A stretch of DNA of 64,000 nucleotides from assembly GCA_964016885.1 (NCBI GenBank), contig OZ024741.1:154008001-154072000 (forward strand). The letters are read 5' to 3'. The translations under genes were made by a program, and so were the position numbers. Origin of the DNA: Eledone cirrhosa (lineage: Eukaryota). Below the pieces are notes generated by a model. The model was not told the origin of the DNA. It searched no databases and worked only from the letters and a program-made list of their open reading frames with translations. Positions within the stretch are counted from its first letter, which is position 1. Each line of letters begins with the position of its first letter. Of this stretch, positions 43,951 through 57,647 are shown one piece after another.

Positions 43951-45896
43951 CTAAGTGACTGTAACAACAATTGATCAACACTGTTTTCTTATTTCAATAT
44001 TTTTATATACTCCTTTACGACTATATAACTTATAATAGTATTATGGCTATAATAAAATTATAGTTATAAAAATTTGTTAATTTTATTAAACCAGCTCCCT
44101 TTTTAATCCGCTCCCATGTAGACGGAATAACCTCTTCCCAATAAGGAACATTACAATATTGTTCAATTAATCATTTTTCTACCACTACTTCATCAAGTAC
44201 AGTAAAATCTTTGTATAACTGATGATATCTAATAAAACTGAATCATGGCCACATTTGCTGGAATTATTAAAACAATATTAGTCATTGACTGATATTGCTA
44301 ATTCCTTATCACATAATTATTTGTAAAGACAGAAATCCATTGCTCAAACCTATATAGGTTTAGTTGCATCTCATAGGAGGTTTATCATGAAAGCTAATGT
44401 AAAAGAAGCAGCTTGCTTAAGAACACACCACATTGTCTGGTCCAGGAATGGAATGTACAGCTTTATGAGTCCAAAACCCTAACCATAACAAATGCACCCA
44501 GTACATCCTGTAAAGTGGTTACCAAACAAAGGATATAGAGGACTTTTCAGTTGTGTCAAAGTCATAAAAAACTCTTAAGTGTTGGTGCCATGATAAAATG
44601 TACCCTGTGCACTCTGTAAAGTACAGGAATGTATGTAAGTTAGATGTGGCTCATGGCTCGATCTGAGAGATCAGTAGCTCCAATTGAATACTGACTTGGT
44701 CTGTGACAACATCTCGAACCCTTGCTAATAGGGAAAATGAACATTAAATGATGATGATGATACTAAGTTTAAGTTAGTTTTATAAAGTCTCTAAATCACT
44801 GTGCCAACAATGGATGCAGCCAATTGTCGCACTTGGTGGTGAATTGATGGTCGTTTTTGTTTTTTGCCTCCGACCCTTTTCTTCTTTTTTTTTTCTCTCT
44901 CTTTTATGCGTTTATATCTGAGTTTATTTATCAATGACATTATATTTGTAATGTTACTTATACAACTGTGAATAAAATAAAATGTATATACAATTTTCTT
45001 ATTTTAATATTTTTCTTAACTCTTTTACAACTAGATTTCTAACTAGTTAATGAAAAATTAGGAGGGATTTACTAAAACTCCTATTCCATACTAATATGGT
45101 ACTTGTGAAATAACTTATATAAAATTACGTTGGAACGGTCTAATTTGAATTGGAAACGTTTACAATTAGTGGTTTTGTTACAATTTCAGCAGGTTGGTAC
45201 AGAAAAAAAAAGGGTTAAATCTCTTTAATGTAAACTATAAAGGAAATTAAAACTATGACATATCATAAAAAGAAAAATGAACTATGAAATATCATAAAAA
45301 TATAAAAATGAAAACATAAGAAACAGACAAACAAATAACCTTGTTTTCTTCTCTTGTTTATTGGTCATGTGATGTATTGCCACATGACATGTGTAGGCTG
45401 CTCAGTATGGTGTCATTCTGTCTCCTCACCCCCCCCCCCCCTCTCACTCTCTCTCACTTTCTCCCTCTCTTTCTCACTTACTCTCACTCTCTCTTTAACT
45501 ACATTTCTCAATGTTTGGTTCCATTCTTCCCCATAGCACTCTCCCTTTTCCTTTTATCCTGTCTTACACCCACACACACACTCACACACATATACACAAG
45601 CACACACCCACACATACACATACACTAAAGCACGCACACACACACACACACACACGCACACACATGCAGGCACCCCCCCCCCCCCCCCCCCCCCCAACCC
45701 CCAACCCACACACACATACGGAAATATTTAAGAACTGCAGCTGATGAAGTTGATAAGGTGTTGGGATTACAAGCTAAATGGTTAATAGTTCAAGTCAAGA
45801 TGTAGCTGTTTCTTTCTCCTACAACAATGATTCACAAGCATTTTTTAGTCAAGCCACACTTTAGAAGAAATATAAATATTTTAGCACACTATGAAC

Positions 45897-46098
45897 TTAA
45901 CCTTACTCTATATTTACTACTATATTTTCATGGTCTGTACCTCACATAATTATCTCACATAATATCGAATCTATGAGATTTTGATATTATTTATTTTGAG
46001 AATAATACCTTAACATCAGTATGAGTGGCCAGTTATGGAACAGAAAGAGGTGAGAGAATTTTGGCCGGATATGGTCAGTTTAAATGCTAAAGGGTTAA
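45897..46098 (-). mobile_element. Uninterrupted relative of the TTAA-CCCT MITE
   Basis: Reverse complement joins 13671-13829 to 25465-25520. Confidence 0.7.
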
Positions 46099-46410
46099 AT
46101 AAAAAATGTTTAGTATACCATAAATTAGAAATATAGATAAAAGTACAGAAAAATTGTTTGATTTTCCTTCTTTAGTCAATAAATGGAACAAAGTTATCAA
46201 TAGGAAACATGCATTGCTAGTTTATAGCAATATTTTCATTCTTAGTTTATTTTCATTCTTTGACAGTCATATATGAACTTTTATGGTGAATCTCAATTTT
46301 TATTTTTTACATTTTGAAATAGAAGCTGAAGTAGATGTCTTTCATCCTTTTGAGGACAATAAATAGAATACCAGAGGTGAACTGAGGAAATTGTTAGCAA
46401 ATGGAACAAG

Positions 46411-46499
46411 CTATACATGCACCTTTGATGAGTTGTAGTGCACCTGGGCACTGTACACAATAATTTCATTATTATTATCATTGTTATTATTGTTATTAC
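46411..46499 (+). mobile_element. CR1-like 3' terminus with (ATT)n tail
   Basis: Matches 52251-52315. Confidence 0.8.
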
Positions 46500-46734
46500 T
46501 CTTTGAGTCTCAGTCATTGATGTTAGTTAACTGGAAAGTTTGTTGAGATGAATATCAAGTCACTACCTGCAGCCTCAGATATTCAGGACGTATCGGAGGG
46601 TTCTTGCTGTTCCCAGCAAGCATGCTTTTTGAAGCGTTCCAAAAAGCGTGAAGGGGCCAATTTTCTTTAACCATCTCTGGAAACTTTTTGAGATAGTCCC
46701 TAGTGCGCCTATGACAATCGGGATCACTTTGACT

Positions 46735-46773
<39 letters not shown>

Positions 46774-48196
46774 CTTGAGTCTCAGTCATTGATGTTAGTT
46801 AACTGGAAAGTCCGTTGGAATGAATATCAAGTCACTACCTGCAGCCTCAGATATTCAGGACGTATCAGAGGGTTCTTGCTGTTCCCAGCAAGCATGCCTT
46901 TTGAAGCGTTCCAAAAAGCGTGAAGGGGCCGATTTTCTTTAACCATCCCTGGAAACTTTTGGAGATAGTCCCCAGTGCGCCTATGACAATCAGGATCACT
47001 TTGACTTCATGGCAGTTCCAAATCCTTTTTACCTCCCACTTTAAGTCCTGGTATCGGTTAATTTTCTCCCTCTCCTTCTCTTGCACTCTCGTGTCGAATG
47101 GGCAGGCCACATCCACAATCAGACACAATCTTTTTTCTTTGTCCACAACCACCAGGTCAGGTCTATTGTGTTCCAGTTTCTTGTCCGTCTGTATCCTAAA
47201 ATCCCACAGCACCTTCACCTGATCGTTCTCTATCACCGCCTCTGGCTTATGCTCATACCATTTCTCAGAATGTGGTAAATTGTTTACTTTGCATAGGTGC
47301 CAGTGGATCACCCTGCCCATCACATCATGTCTCCAGCCCTTATAGTGGGTCTGGGCTAGGTGTTTACACTCGGATACAATGTGAGCTACAGTCTCCTCTC
47401 TCTCTCCACAGTTCCTGCACAGTGGGCTAGCCTCCTCCTTGTAAATATGGTGTTTCAACCACTTCGTTTTGAGGGCCTGTTCCTGCGCAGCCATTAACAT
47501 TCCTTCTGTAGCCTTTTTAAGGTCTCCTCTTCTCAACCAGTTCCATGTCTGTGGATCTCTAAATTCAGTTTTCTCAAAGAAGGTACTATGAAGGGATTTT
47601 TCCTGAAGGCTGCTCTTTCTCCTTGATGTTATTTCCTCCTTGGACATCCCCTGGCCTATTGTCCCCTCCTTCAGTACAGTTCTGAGCATTGGCTCCTTAC
47701 TATCAGTCACGTATTTGTGTAGGTTGTTTTTCTCCACCTGAACACAGTCCTCTATGCTGATAAGACCTCTTCCACCCTCAGATCTCCTTAAGTAGAGTCT
47801 ATCGACATCACTCCTCTTGTGGAACATGTTGTAGATAGTCAATAGCTTCCTAGTCTTCCTATCCATTTCTTTCTGTTCAGCAACATTCCATCTCAGAATT
47901 CCCGCACTGTACCTAATAATAGACACCGCTCAGGAATTTACTGCGCTTATGGCATTTCTGCTGTTCAGATGTGACTTCAATACGCTCCTTACTCTCCGAA
48001 TGTATTCAGTTCTTAACAATTCCTTCATTTTTTTGTTCTTTATGCCATCAGCCTCCAGAACGCCCAAATACTTGTATCCTTCCTCAGAGTCAATTTCCTT
48101 TATCATCTCACCTGTTGGTATCTGGATTCCGTCACTTCTGCTCAACCTACCCCTCCTCATCACAATGACTCCACACTTGCTAATACCAAACTGCAT
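46500..48196 (-). mobile_element. Two tandem R4/Dong-like LINE copies (46500-46736 and 46772-48196) in (TAA)n
   Basis: YKYLG, GGRGL, CxxC..ET..HI...C knuckle, RHD, RPD..D..K RLE; one nonsense codon at 47930-47932; TAA tracts at every junction. Confidence 0.92.
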
Positions 48197-48197
48197 A

Positions 48198-48248
<51 letters not shown>

Positions 48249-49084
48249 GATGATTTGTAGTCCAGAGTTTGGCATTTTGAGTTCAAATTTTATACCCTGT
48301 TCACTCCACACTGGGCACTTTGTTTACCCTATCTATCCTACACTTGGCACCCTGTCTGCCCCACACTTGCTCAGTATGAACAGTCAGACTTATCCAATCA
48401 ACACTTGTCAGTGGAATGCTCAGCCACTTTCACTTTAATTTTATGAGCCAACTGCACCGTTGCTTGAACAATTGAAGGATTACCATCAAAACCAATGGAA
48501 GGCTGGCACACACACATTTCCTTTGTTAGACATTGGACAGAAAACCTTACATGTGTAGTCAATTTATATTCTCTAGCATTTGTATCTAAATAGAAAACTA
48601 CTTCATTCAATATTCTATTGAGTGGGTAATGAGCTCTGTGCAACAAGCAGTAAGTTCAATGGAGTCTCAATTTCTAATAGAAGACAGGACAATCCATTTA
48701 TGATGCTAATGCTTTTATGGAAGCTATGGATGTCAGTTTTAATATTTCTCCTTCTAAACTATTATGATTTTTGTAGCTTGTTACAAATAAATCAATATCT
48801 TATATAGTGACATAATATTTGAAATTATCATGGAAGTGACATAGGTTATAGAGATTTTTTTCTTTTGGTCTTTGTTTATTTCTGTGACCTTGACCTCAAC
48901 TATTTCATTGTTTCAATCTGATTCTTTTAAAAAATGATGTGAACAAGCTTTGTATTGTTTCATTCATTGATTTTCTATGTCTTAACCAATTTCTCTTTCA
49001 GTGTCTAAACTAATTTATTTTTCATTGATTTGATATATGCTATATCATATAAGTATATATGGCAAATTGGGATAGTTGTTGGAA

Positions 49085-49370
49085 TCATTATCATCTGCAC
49101 TTTTATGTCAGTTTTTCCATGCTTGCATGGGTTGGATGGCTCCTTTTCAGTACAGCATCTCTCCATACACTGTATTCCTTCATCATTTCCTCTGTGAGTC
49201 TCAGCAATTTGAGATCAGCTTCACCCCTCTGCTCAGGTCTTCCTTGGCCTTCCCCTACAGGGGCTTCCTTCCACTGGGATTTCCTGGCACTTCTTCACCC
49301 AGTGATCATCATCCATGCGCATCAAATGCCCTTACCAACATAATCTTCTCTCTTGCACACCACTTCAGAT
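49085..49370 (-). mobile_element. Degenerate RTE LINE 3' fragment
   Basis: Similar to 12000-12260. Confidence 0.7.
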
Positions 49371-49727
49371 AAAATGCTTTATGGTATTTTTTCCGGCTTT
49401 CTGATCTCAGAGTTTAAATCCCACCAAGGTCAACTTTGCCTTTTATCCTTTCAAGGTGGATAAAAAGCTTACCTGTCTTGTACTGAGGTTGATTCATTCT
49501 CTATATCTCTTTCTCACTTCCTCTCTCTCACTGTCTTTCTCCTTCTCTGGAAGAAATCAGCTATGTTCAGCCTTGGAGAAGGATGGGCTCTGCCAGGTTT
49601 AAAATACTCCTACCAGGAATTATGGGTAGGACCAGATTTAGACCTTTGTTGGGGGTGGGTAGGGCAGTTCAGGTTTGGTGGACCCCTCATATAACAATGC
49701 ACACATACAAAGACACATACAAACACA

Positions 49728-49807
<80 letters not shown>

Positions 49808-49830
49808 GATGTATGCATGTATATATATAT

Positions 49831-50145
49831 ATATTTAATATAGAAATGGCTTCTACAGGACTAGAACTGTTTCCTTTGGGAGAAATCATCAGGAAGCCCT
49901 GGTTAAGAGGGGCACAGTAAGTGCTAAAAGATAAGTTTATCCCGGGTTCAATTGGGGGTAACCACAGTAAGTAAGGTACTTACTGGCTTCTACAGGACTA
50001 GATGGCTTCCTGGTGATTTCTCGTGAATGAAACAGTTCTAGTCCTGTGGAAGCTATTTCTATATTAAATATTTACACTCTGCTATGTATTGAGTCCCGTA
50101 CTTATTGTGATTACCCCCAATTGAACCCGGAATAAACTTATCTTA
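49831..50145. mobile_element. Rearranged hammerhead-bearing fold-back element
   Basis: 49831-49898 inverted at 50004-50071; 49928-49973 inverted at 50099-50144; TA-flanked. Confidence 0.7.
49848..49898 (-). ncRNA. Compact type I hammerhead motif
   Basis: GGCTTC-CTGATGA-TTTCTCCCAAAG-GAAA-CAGTTCTAGTCCTG-TA-GAAGCC; 6-bp stem I, 4-bp stem III. Confidence 0.8.
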
Positions 50146-50149
50146 TATA

Positions 50150-52315
50150 TATGATTTCCTTGAGCTAGTGCTGGACTTGAACTGGTCCCAAGTAGTCACC
50201 TCCCCAACAAGAGGTGACAACACTTTGGATCTACTCTTCACCACTACTCCTGAAACGGTTATTAGTGTTACTACTGAGGAACCTTTAGGTGACTCTGATC
50301 ATGCTATGATCATTACCAATCTATCCTTCATGGGCAGTAACAAAAAACCACAACCATCTCCAACTGCTCACTTTGACTGGAATAAAGCAGACTGGAACTG
50401 TTATTGCACCGAGTTGCAACGTCCTAACTGGCTTGAGTTCTATGACTCTGGAGATGTCAACACTGTACTCCAGGACATCCTGAACTCAATATGGACAGCA
50501 TGTGCAGCATCGATGCCAGATAAGCAGAAAAAATATGCCAAAATTGCAATTTGGGAGACTGCAGCAGTCCGTCTTGCCAGAAAAGAACATCGTAATGCTG
50601 AACGTGAGTACAAACTGCATAAATCATATATCAATATGAAAAAGTGAAATAAATCATCCAACCATCTCAAGCAGTGTGACAAAAAAGGCAGTGCTTGAAT
50701 TTGAGCAACGCATAGCAACCAATCCAGACAGTAAGATGTTCTGGAAGTATGTTCACTCAAAGCAGAGGCCTCACTCTCCAGTTTGTCCTCTTCGCAATCC
50801 CCACACAAGCCAGGTTACTGATGACCCCAAGGAATGCGCAGAACTGATTGCTGAATGCTATGCAGGCATTTTCACTGTTGAAGACCAGAGTGTACCATCT
50901 CCATCACCTCTGACATCGGATTCTATTACAACTATGGAATTTACACCTGCAATGCTGCGACGTCACCTTAAAAATAAATGCAACCATACCTCTCCTTGTC
51001 TTGATGGTGTTACGTACCTGCTTCTCAAACGTAGTGGGTACTTCCTTCTGACCAGCTATCATGCTTCTTCCAATTCCGTCTGAACAATGGTGTTACTTCC
51101 GAACAGTGGAAAACTGCCAGTGTCATTCCTCTGTTCAAAAAGGGTGACCACACATCACCTGTGAACTATCGTCCAGTCAGTCTTACTAGCTGCATTGCCA
51201 AACTGATGGAATCCTGTGTCACAGAAACACTTTGGAACTTCTGGAACTCTCACAGCCTCATCCGACCCTCACAGTTTGGATTTATCCCTAACTCCAGCTG
51301 CTGTGATCAACTTATCGAGTTTCTTGAAGACATCACCCGGATCACTGATGGTGGCTCATGGGTGGATGTTGTTGACCTTGACTTTGCTAAAGCTTTCAAT
51401 TCTGTGCCACACAAAAGGCTTATGGCAAAACTCTCTGCAATGGGTGTGAAGGATGATCTTTTTAACAGGTTGAAGTCCTTCATTCTCAGTCAAAGAGAGG
51501 TAGTCACGGTTCTAGGACAGCATTCCTCACCGTATGAGATGTCATCTGGTGTACCACAGGGATCTGTTCTTGGCCTCCTTTTGTTTGTGGCATATATTAA
51601 TGACATAGATGCCAACTTAAAGAATGCCACAGTACTGAAATATGCAGATGACATCAAGCTGTACCTTGAGATAAAAAGGGCAGATCCTGAACACTAGATC
51701 TTGCCTGCAATCTGACTTGGACACAATACAACAATGGATCACGGACTGGCAACTCAAGCTGACTGTGGACAAGTGCACCACCATGCATTTTGGGAGTAAA
51801 AACCCAGCATCCACATACTCCCTCCACAACACTAATATCAAGAAGTCTTCTTGTGAACGTGACCTGGGCATGGATACATTGAAGCTCGGATGTCTGGCAA
51901 CTGACTTGGTAAACACCCACAAAATTATTAACCATTTTGTCAATAACAATCCTGAGTACCTTTTTGATTTCCATGTGAGTAACACATGTGGGCATGCCAA
52001 CAAAGTCAGAAAACAGTACAGCTCCCATGACTTGCGGAAACATTTTTTCACACTCGGAGCTGCTGAAGCATGGAACAAACTACCTGCATCAGTTATTAGC
52101 TGTCGAGACACTGCATACTTTAAAACCTCCATGCTTCCCGAGATTCACCAACACTACACCTAATATTCCCCCTCCATACACACACACACACATGTATATC
52201 ATGACTCATACACTATTCCCTTCTCTGACATTTGTATATTATTCTATGTACTATACATGCACCTTTGATGAGTTGTAGTGCACCTGAGCATTGTACACAA
52301 TAATTTCATTGTTAT
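50150..52315 (+). mobile_element. CR1-group LINE, disrupted (APE end + RT)
   Basis: PTRGDNTLDL, SDH, NYRPVSLTS, QFGF, DFAKAF, GVPQGSVLG, YADD, WNKLP. Confidence 0.9.
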
Positions 52316-52693
52316 ATATATATACACACACACACTCACATAAGCAGAGAGAGAGAGAACAGAGACTGAGTAGAGAACAAATTTTCTTCAACTACATCAG
52401 TCCACTACCAGGTCATGTGGTCAAATAATGGAGGTAGCAAAGGAATATGTACACACACACACAAGCATATAACCACACATACACATACAAATATATATAC
52501 ACGTCAAGCACTATCATTGATAAACTATATATACACATATACTCTCATACATGTGCGTACATATACACCATATACAGCAACTCCCTGACTTTCCTGACTT
52601 TCATCAATTGGTGTTTCTAAAGTAAGAAAATTTTGTTAAATTGGCACAAAAGTGACATCAATTACATTTTGAAAAACATACTCTTTAAAAGAT

Positions 52694-52792
52694 AAAATTA
52701 TGTTTATGATCATTTTAAAAATTATGTTTATGATCATTTTAAAAATTATGTTTATGATCATTTTTAAAATTATGTTTATGATCATTTTTAAA
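52694..52792. repeat. 4 x ~24-bp tandem repeat AAAATTATGTTTATGATCATTTTT
   Basis: Direct reading. Confidence 0.85.
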
Positions 52793-55700
52793 AGGTTCCA
52801 GAAGTTCTGTTTGAAGTAGGGACCCTGCTGAAAGAAGGGGTCCTGTTCGGAGAGGAGTTACTCTTTTTGATAAGTGGGGCCCAGGGCATTCAGCCATGCT
52901 GTTCCCCAATAAATCTTGCCCTGGTTATGGGCCATACATATTCCACAAAAGTGTCACTATGACTCCACCAGGAGATACACATCCAAACATACATAAGTAT
53001 TTGTGTTTGGATCAATTTTATATAGAATTTTATATTTAGAAGTTGTTGGCATCGGAAAAATATTTTTCTTTTTGTCCTTAATATATTGGAGCAAACAAAC
53101 AAAATGAATTTTTCTTTGTTACAAATTTAACCAAAATGTTGGCATCTTCCTATCAAGCATTCTTTTATTAATTCTTAACATCATATGCCACATGAAAACA
53201 TTAGCAAGACACTCTTGAAAAGTACAATTCGGTACTATGACTGCATCACATTAAAAATTAAAATTTTTTTATTCGAATACTGCAAATTTTCATGAAAATC
53301 TGTGCTCTTGAAAATATGGTATAAACATTTGAATTAATGAACCAAATAAAACCACAGCATTTTTTAAAAGTATAAAACATTGCTATGGCTGCATTACATT
53401 CAAAATGAAAGTCTTTACTTGAATACTGAAACATGCCCACAACAATCTGTCCAGTAGTAAAGATACTATAAACATTTGAATTAACAAACCACATGAAAGT
53501 ACATTAGTAAGACATTCTTGAAAAGTACAAAACTGCATAATAACTGCATTACATTAGAAATTAAAGTCTTTAGTTTACTACATATTTTCACAAAGATCTG
53601 TCCTGTCCATTAGTAAAGATACTATAAACATTTGAATTAACACACCTGTTTTTAGATATTTTCTGCTAAATAATTACAGGATGTTAAAAATTAATGCATT
53701 CATTCTCTGGCCACTTTCAGCATGTTATTATTAGAGTGAAAGACCAACACCACAGGAGATCTACACACTGCTATGGTGAGGTTAGAAGTTATTGCATGAA
53801 TAACTGAATGGAATAAATTACTGAAACTCTAATTCATTGCTTAATTGCATTTTCCAGCCTGTAGCATTTGAGACATTTGCAAGAGCTGGGTCAGGGACAA
53901 TGAAGCTTTTGTCATCATTGATGACTTGTCTTACTGAAGTATCAGGAGATGCACATGAATGTATTTGGTTGTTCCAGTACCTCATCTTTGCTATTGCCTG
54001 CATTTTTACAGGGAGACACCAGCATTCCTTGTTGTAAAGTATGATTGAGGGAATGCCTGTTTGTTTGTTTTGGGATTTTATTCTTGTTGACTCATTTTTA
54101 TTGATTTGTTTCTTTTATTTACTTATCTAAAATACATCGCCATATTTTATAAATCTTATTCATAATGAAATATTTAGTAGGGAAAGAAAACCCCCTGAAA
54201 ATCGTGAATTAGTCTCTAAAAGTTTGCTCTTCATCATCATTTAATATCTGTTCTCTCTCTCTATGGTGGAAGCTAATCCATGATGTAAGCATCCATATTG
54301 AAAACCAAAGGAAGCAGGACAAGAAGAAGGAAAGCGAGAAACGACACAATAACAGACTAGATCGACTAATATAATGGTTTCTGATTTAGGCACAAGGCCA
54401 ACAATTTTTGGGGAGGGTAAAGACCCTTAAATCAACCCCAGTGCATTACTGGGACTTTATCAACCCCGTAAGAATGAAAGGCAAAGCTAACCTCGGCGAG
54501 ATTTGAACTCAGAATGTAAAGGCCCGTGACTCTCTGCCACAAAGCATGGCACCCAACCCTCTACCGATACTGAAACGGACGTTGTCATGCTACTAATGTA
54601 GACTTTTTTTGTATATATATGTATATATGTATGTCTAACTGGAATGTTTGCTTGGATATTCAACTGAAACTCATCTTGTGAATTGTTGCTTGCCCGTAGC
54701 GGGACTCAGGCATATGGTCTCTCTCTCTAGCAAGGGTTGCATGGGCTCTTGTATATGAAGTAATATAAATAATGATAAACAACTGGTTAATTTAAGAAGC
54801 ATTGGAAAAATTTGTAATTTGAAATATGATCCTCCCAACACAGGGCCTCTGTCCACTTTTTCCATCTCCAGGCGTACTTTACATGATTTTCTTAACTATT
54901 ATTATAGTCATTTAATTTGGGACGACCACATTTCAAATTAATAATGATAAGAACGTGGGAACTTGTAATCTGTCTAGTTGAGAATTAAAAAATAAAAGAA
55001 ATTTTAACTTTTTTCTTTCTTTTCATGAGATCATCATATGACTTTTTTTAAATTCAGCGAATGGTCTACAGTTAAATGTAAGTGATTTACTAAACAATAA
55101 ATATTCACATGATAAGATACTACTGTAGTTGGGGAATTAATTGTCAGTGCAGACAGTAGGTAATAGATGTTCTTTAGCATCAAAGATGACCTTTGGAAAC
55201 GATAAGGTTTTCAAATAGTGTTTCTTTGTTTTCTTTCATAAAGACTTTGCCTTGGAATAGACAACTTTATTAGATGTTAAGAAATTGGAAGTCCTTATTA
55301 ACTATTATTGTTGTTGTTGTTGTTATTATTTAAAATGAATAAAGAACTAATTATTATTATTATTACTATCATTATTATTACTATTGTTATTGTCATTATT
55401 TCTTCAGTAGTTTCATGTGAGTTTTGTGTCATAGTACTAAGCAGGGCTGGATTTAGACATTGTGGGTTCCGAGGCACTTCAGGTTTGGGGGTACCCCTCA
55501 TACACAAAAAATTAGAATACACAGCAAACCCCCAATTTTATATATCAAAGTTGGCTTAGCGCATGTAAATGGAATTGAAAGGTTATACATCCAGGTATTA
55601 AATTAAAAAAATCTAATCATCTTCATTTTACTTCCACTTTCCACACTGGCATGTGTTTAAAGGGTTGTCACAGTCTGAAACCAGATATATCAGAGTGACC

Positions 55701-56199
55701 TCATCTTGCCCATATATTACTTATTTGGTTTCTATGGCTGGATGGCCTTCCTAACATAACCATTTTAGAATCATTACTAGGTGCATTGTTTATGTGAGAC
55801 CAGTACAACCACTTTACACAGTTGACTAAGTATATTCTATCAAAGCACCAACACTAACAATTTACAGGATATACTGAGCACATTTTATCATAGCACTAGT
55901 ACTAAAGAGGTCGTCACACGCTTGGCCAGACTAAAGCACTCCCTCAAACCCTATAGTGTCTAAATTTGATCGCCAAACACTGTAGTTTCCAATCTCTCAC
56001 CACACTTACTTTTATTATCTCACTGCTTGTACTGGTGGGAATCTCTTTTGTATTATGGCATATCATCAATCAACTCTGGCTGTGTCATCTCCTTTGTTAT
56101 GTTCAGTTTCTTGATGTCATTCTTTACAACTTCATCCCATGTTTTCTTGATCTTCCACTTCTACAACTGTCGCTCTCCAGCAGAAGGCACAAATAAATT

Positions 56200-57647
56200 G
56201 CAATTATAGGGGCATAAAACTGATGGATCAGGTTATGAAAGTGGCAGAAAGGATATTAGCACAACTAATTAGAGAAAGGGTCAAACTAGATGAGATGCAG
56301 TTTGGTTTTGTGCCTGGGAAAAGTACAACAGATGCCCTCTTCTTAGTGAGACAACTACAAGAGAGGTTCTTAGAGAAGAATAAGCCACTATACTTAGCTT
56401 TTGTTGACCTAGAGAAGGCCTTTGATAGGGTACTCCGATCTGTCATCTGGTGGTCTCTAAGGAAGCTGGGTGTTGAGGAATGGCTTGTGAGGACAGTGCA
56501 AGCTTTGTAGAGAAGTGATGTCAGTAAAGTGAGGGTAGGAATGGAGTTTAGTGAGGAATTCCAGATACAAGTAGGAGTACATCAAGGTTCGGTCCTCAGC
56601 CCGCTCTTGTTCATTATAGTCCTCCAAGCCATAACAGAGGAGTTTAAGACTGGCTGCCTATGGGAACTTCTCTATGCTGATGATCTGGTTCTTATAGCAG
56701 AATCAGTAGAGGAGCTAGAGAATAAATTCTTGCTATGGAAACAACAGTTGAAATTAAGAGGACTGAGAGTGAACCTAGCTAAGACAAAAGTGTTGATAAG
56801 TAGAAAAGAGGACAAAACTCTGATTCCATCAGGGAAATGGCCATGTTCGATATGCAGAAAAGGAACTGGCATAAATTCTATAAAATGTACACAATGCAGA
56901 TCTTGGGTACACAAGAGATGTAGTGGGATAGCAGGCAAACTAACAGGTAGGGAAAAATACGTATGTAGTATATATACAGGGAAATTTGACACATTTTACA
57001 AATGCAGGTAGGTTCTATAGAAGTGGTTGATAGTTTCCGGTACCTAGGTGATCAGATTAGCATGGGAGGGGGGGAGGTGTTCCGAGGCAATAGTATCTAG
57101 AATAAGGACGGGTTGGAAGAAGTTTAGGGAGCTGCTTCCTCGCTGACAAAGAAGGGTTTCTCCCTGCGTACGAAAGGATGGTTATATGATGCCTGTGTGA
57201 GATGTGCGATGCTGCATGGTAGTGAGACATGGGCAGCAACGGCTGGAGAGAAATGAGGCAAGCATGCTCCATTGGTTATGTAATGTCAATGTACATGAAA
57301 GACCAAGCATGGATGAGTTGAGAGAGAAACTGTGTTTAAGAGGGATAAGTTGTAGTGTGCGGAAGAGAAGACTGCGATGGTATGGCCATGTGATGCACAT
57401 GGAGGATGACCGCTGGGTAAAGAAGTGCCAAGAAATGCCAGTAGAAGGAAGATGCAGTAGAGGAAGACCACAAAAAACATGGGCGGAGGTGGTGAGAGCA
57501 GACCTCAGATTGCTGAAGCTCACGGAGGAGATGATGATGGATCGTGACAAGTGGAGAAATACTGTGCTGAATAGGACCCGTCCCACCCTTGCAAGCAGGG
57601 AAAAGCGGACGTAAAATGATGAGGATAATGATGATGATGATGATGAT
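56200..57647 (+). mobile_element. 5'-truncated RTE LINE, family 2
   Basis: ORFs 56223-56510, 56529-57011 and 57204-57614; (GAT)n tail. Confidence 0.93.
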
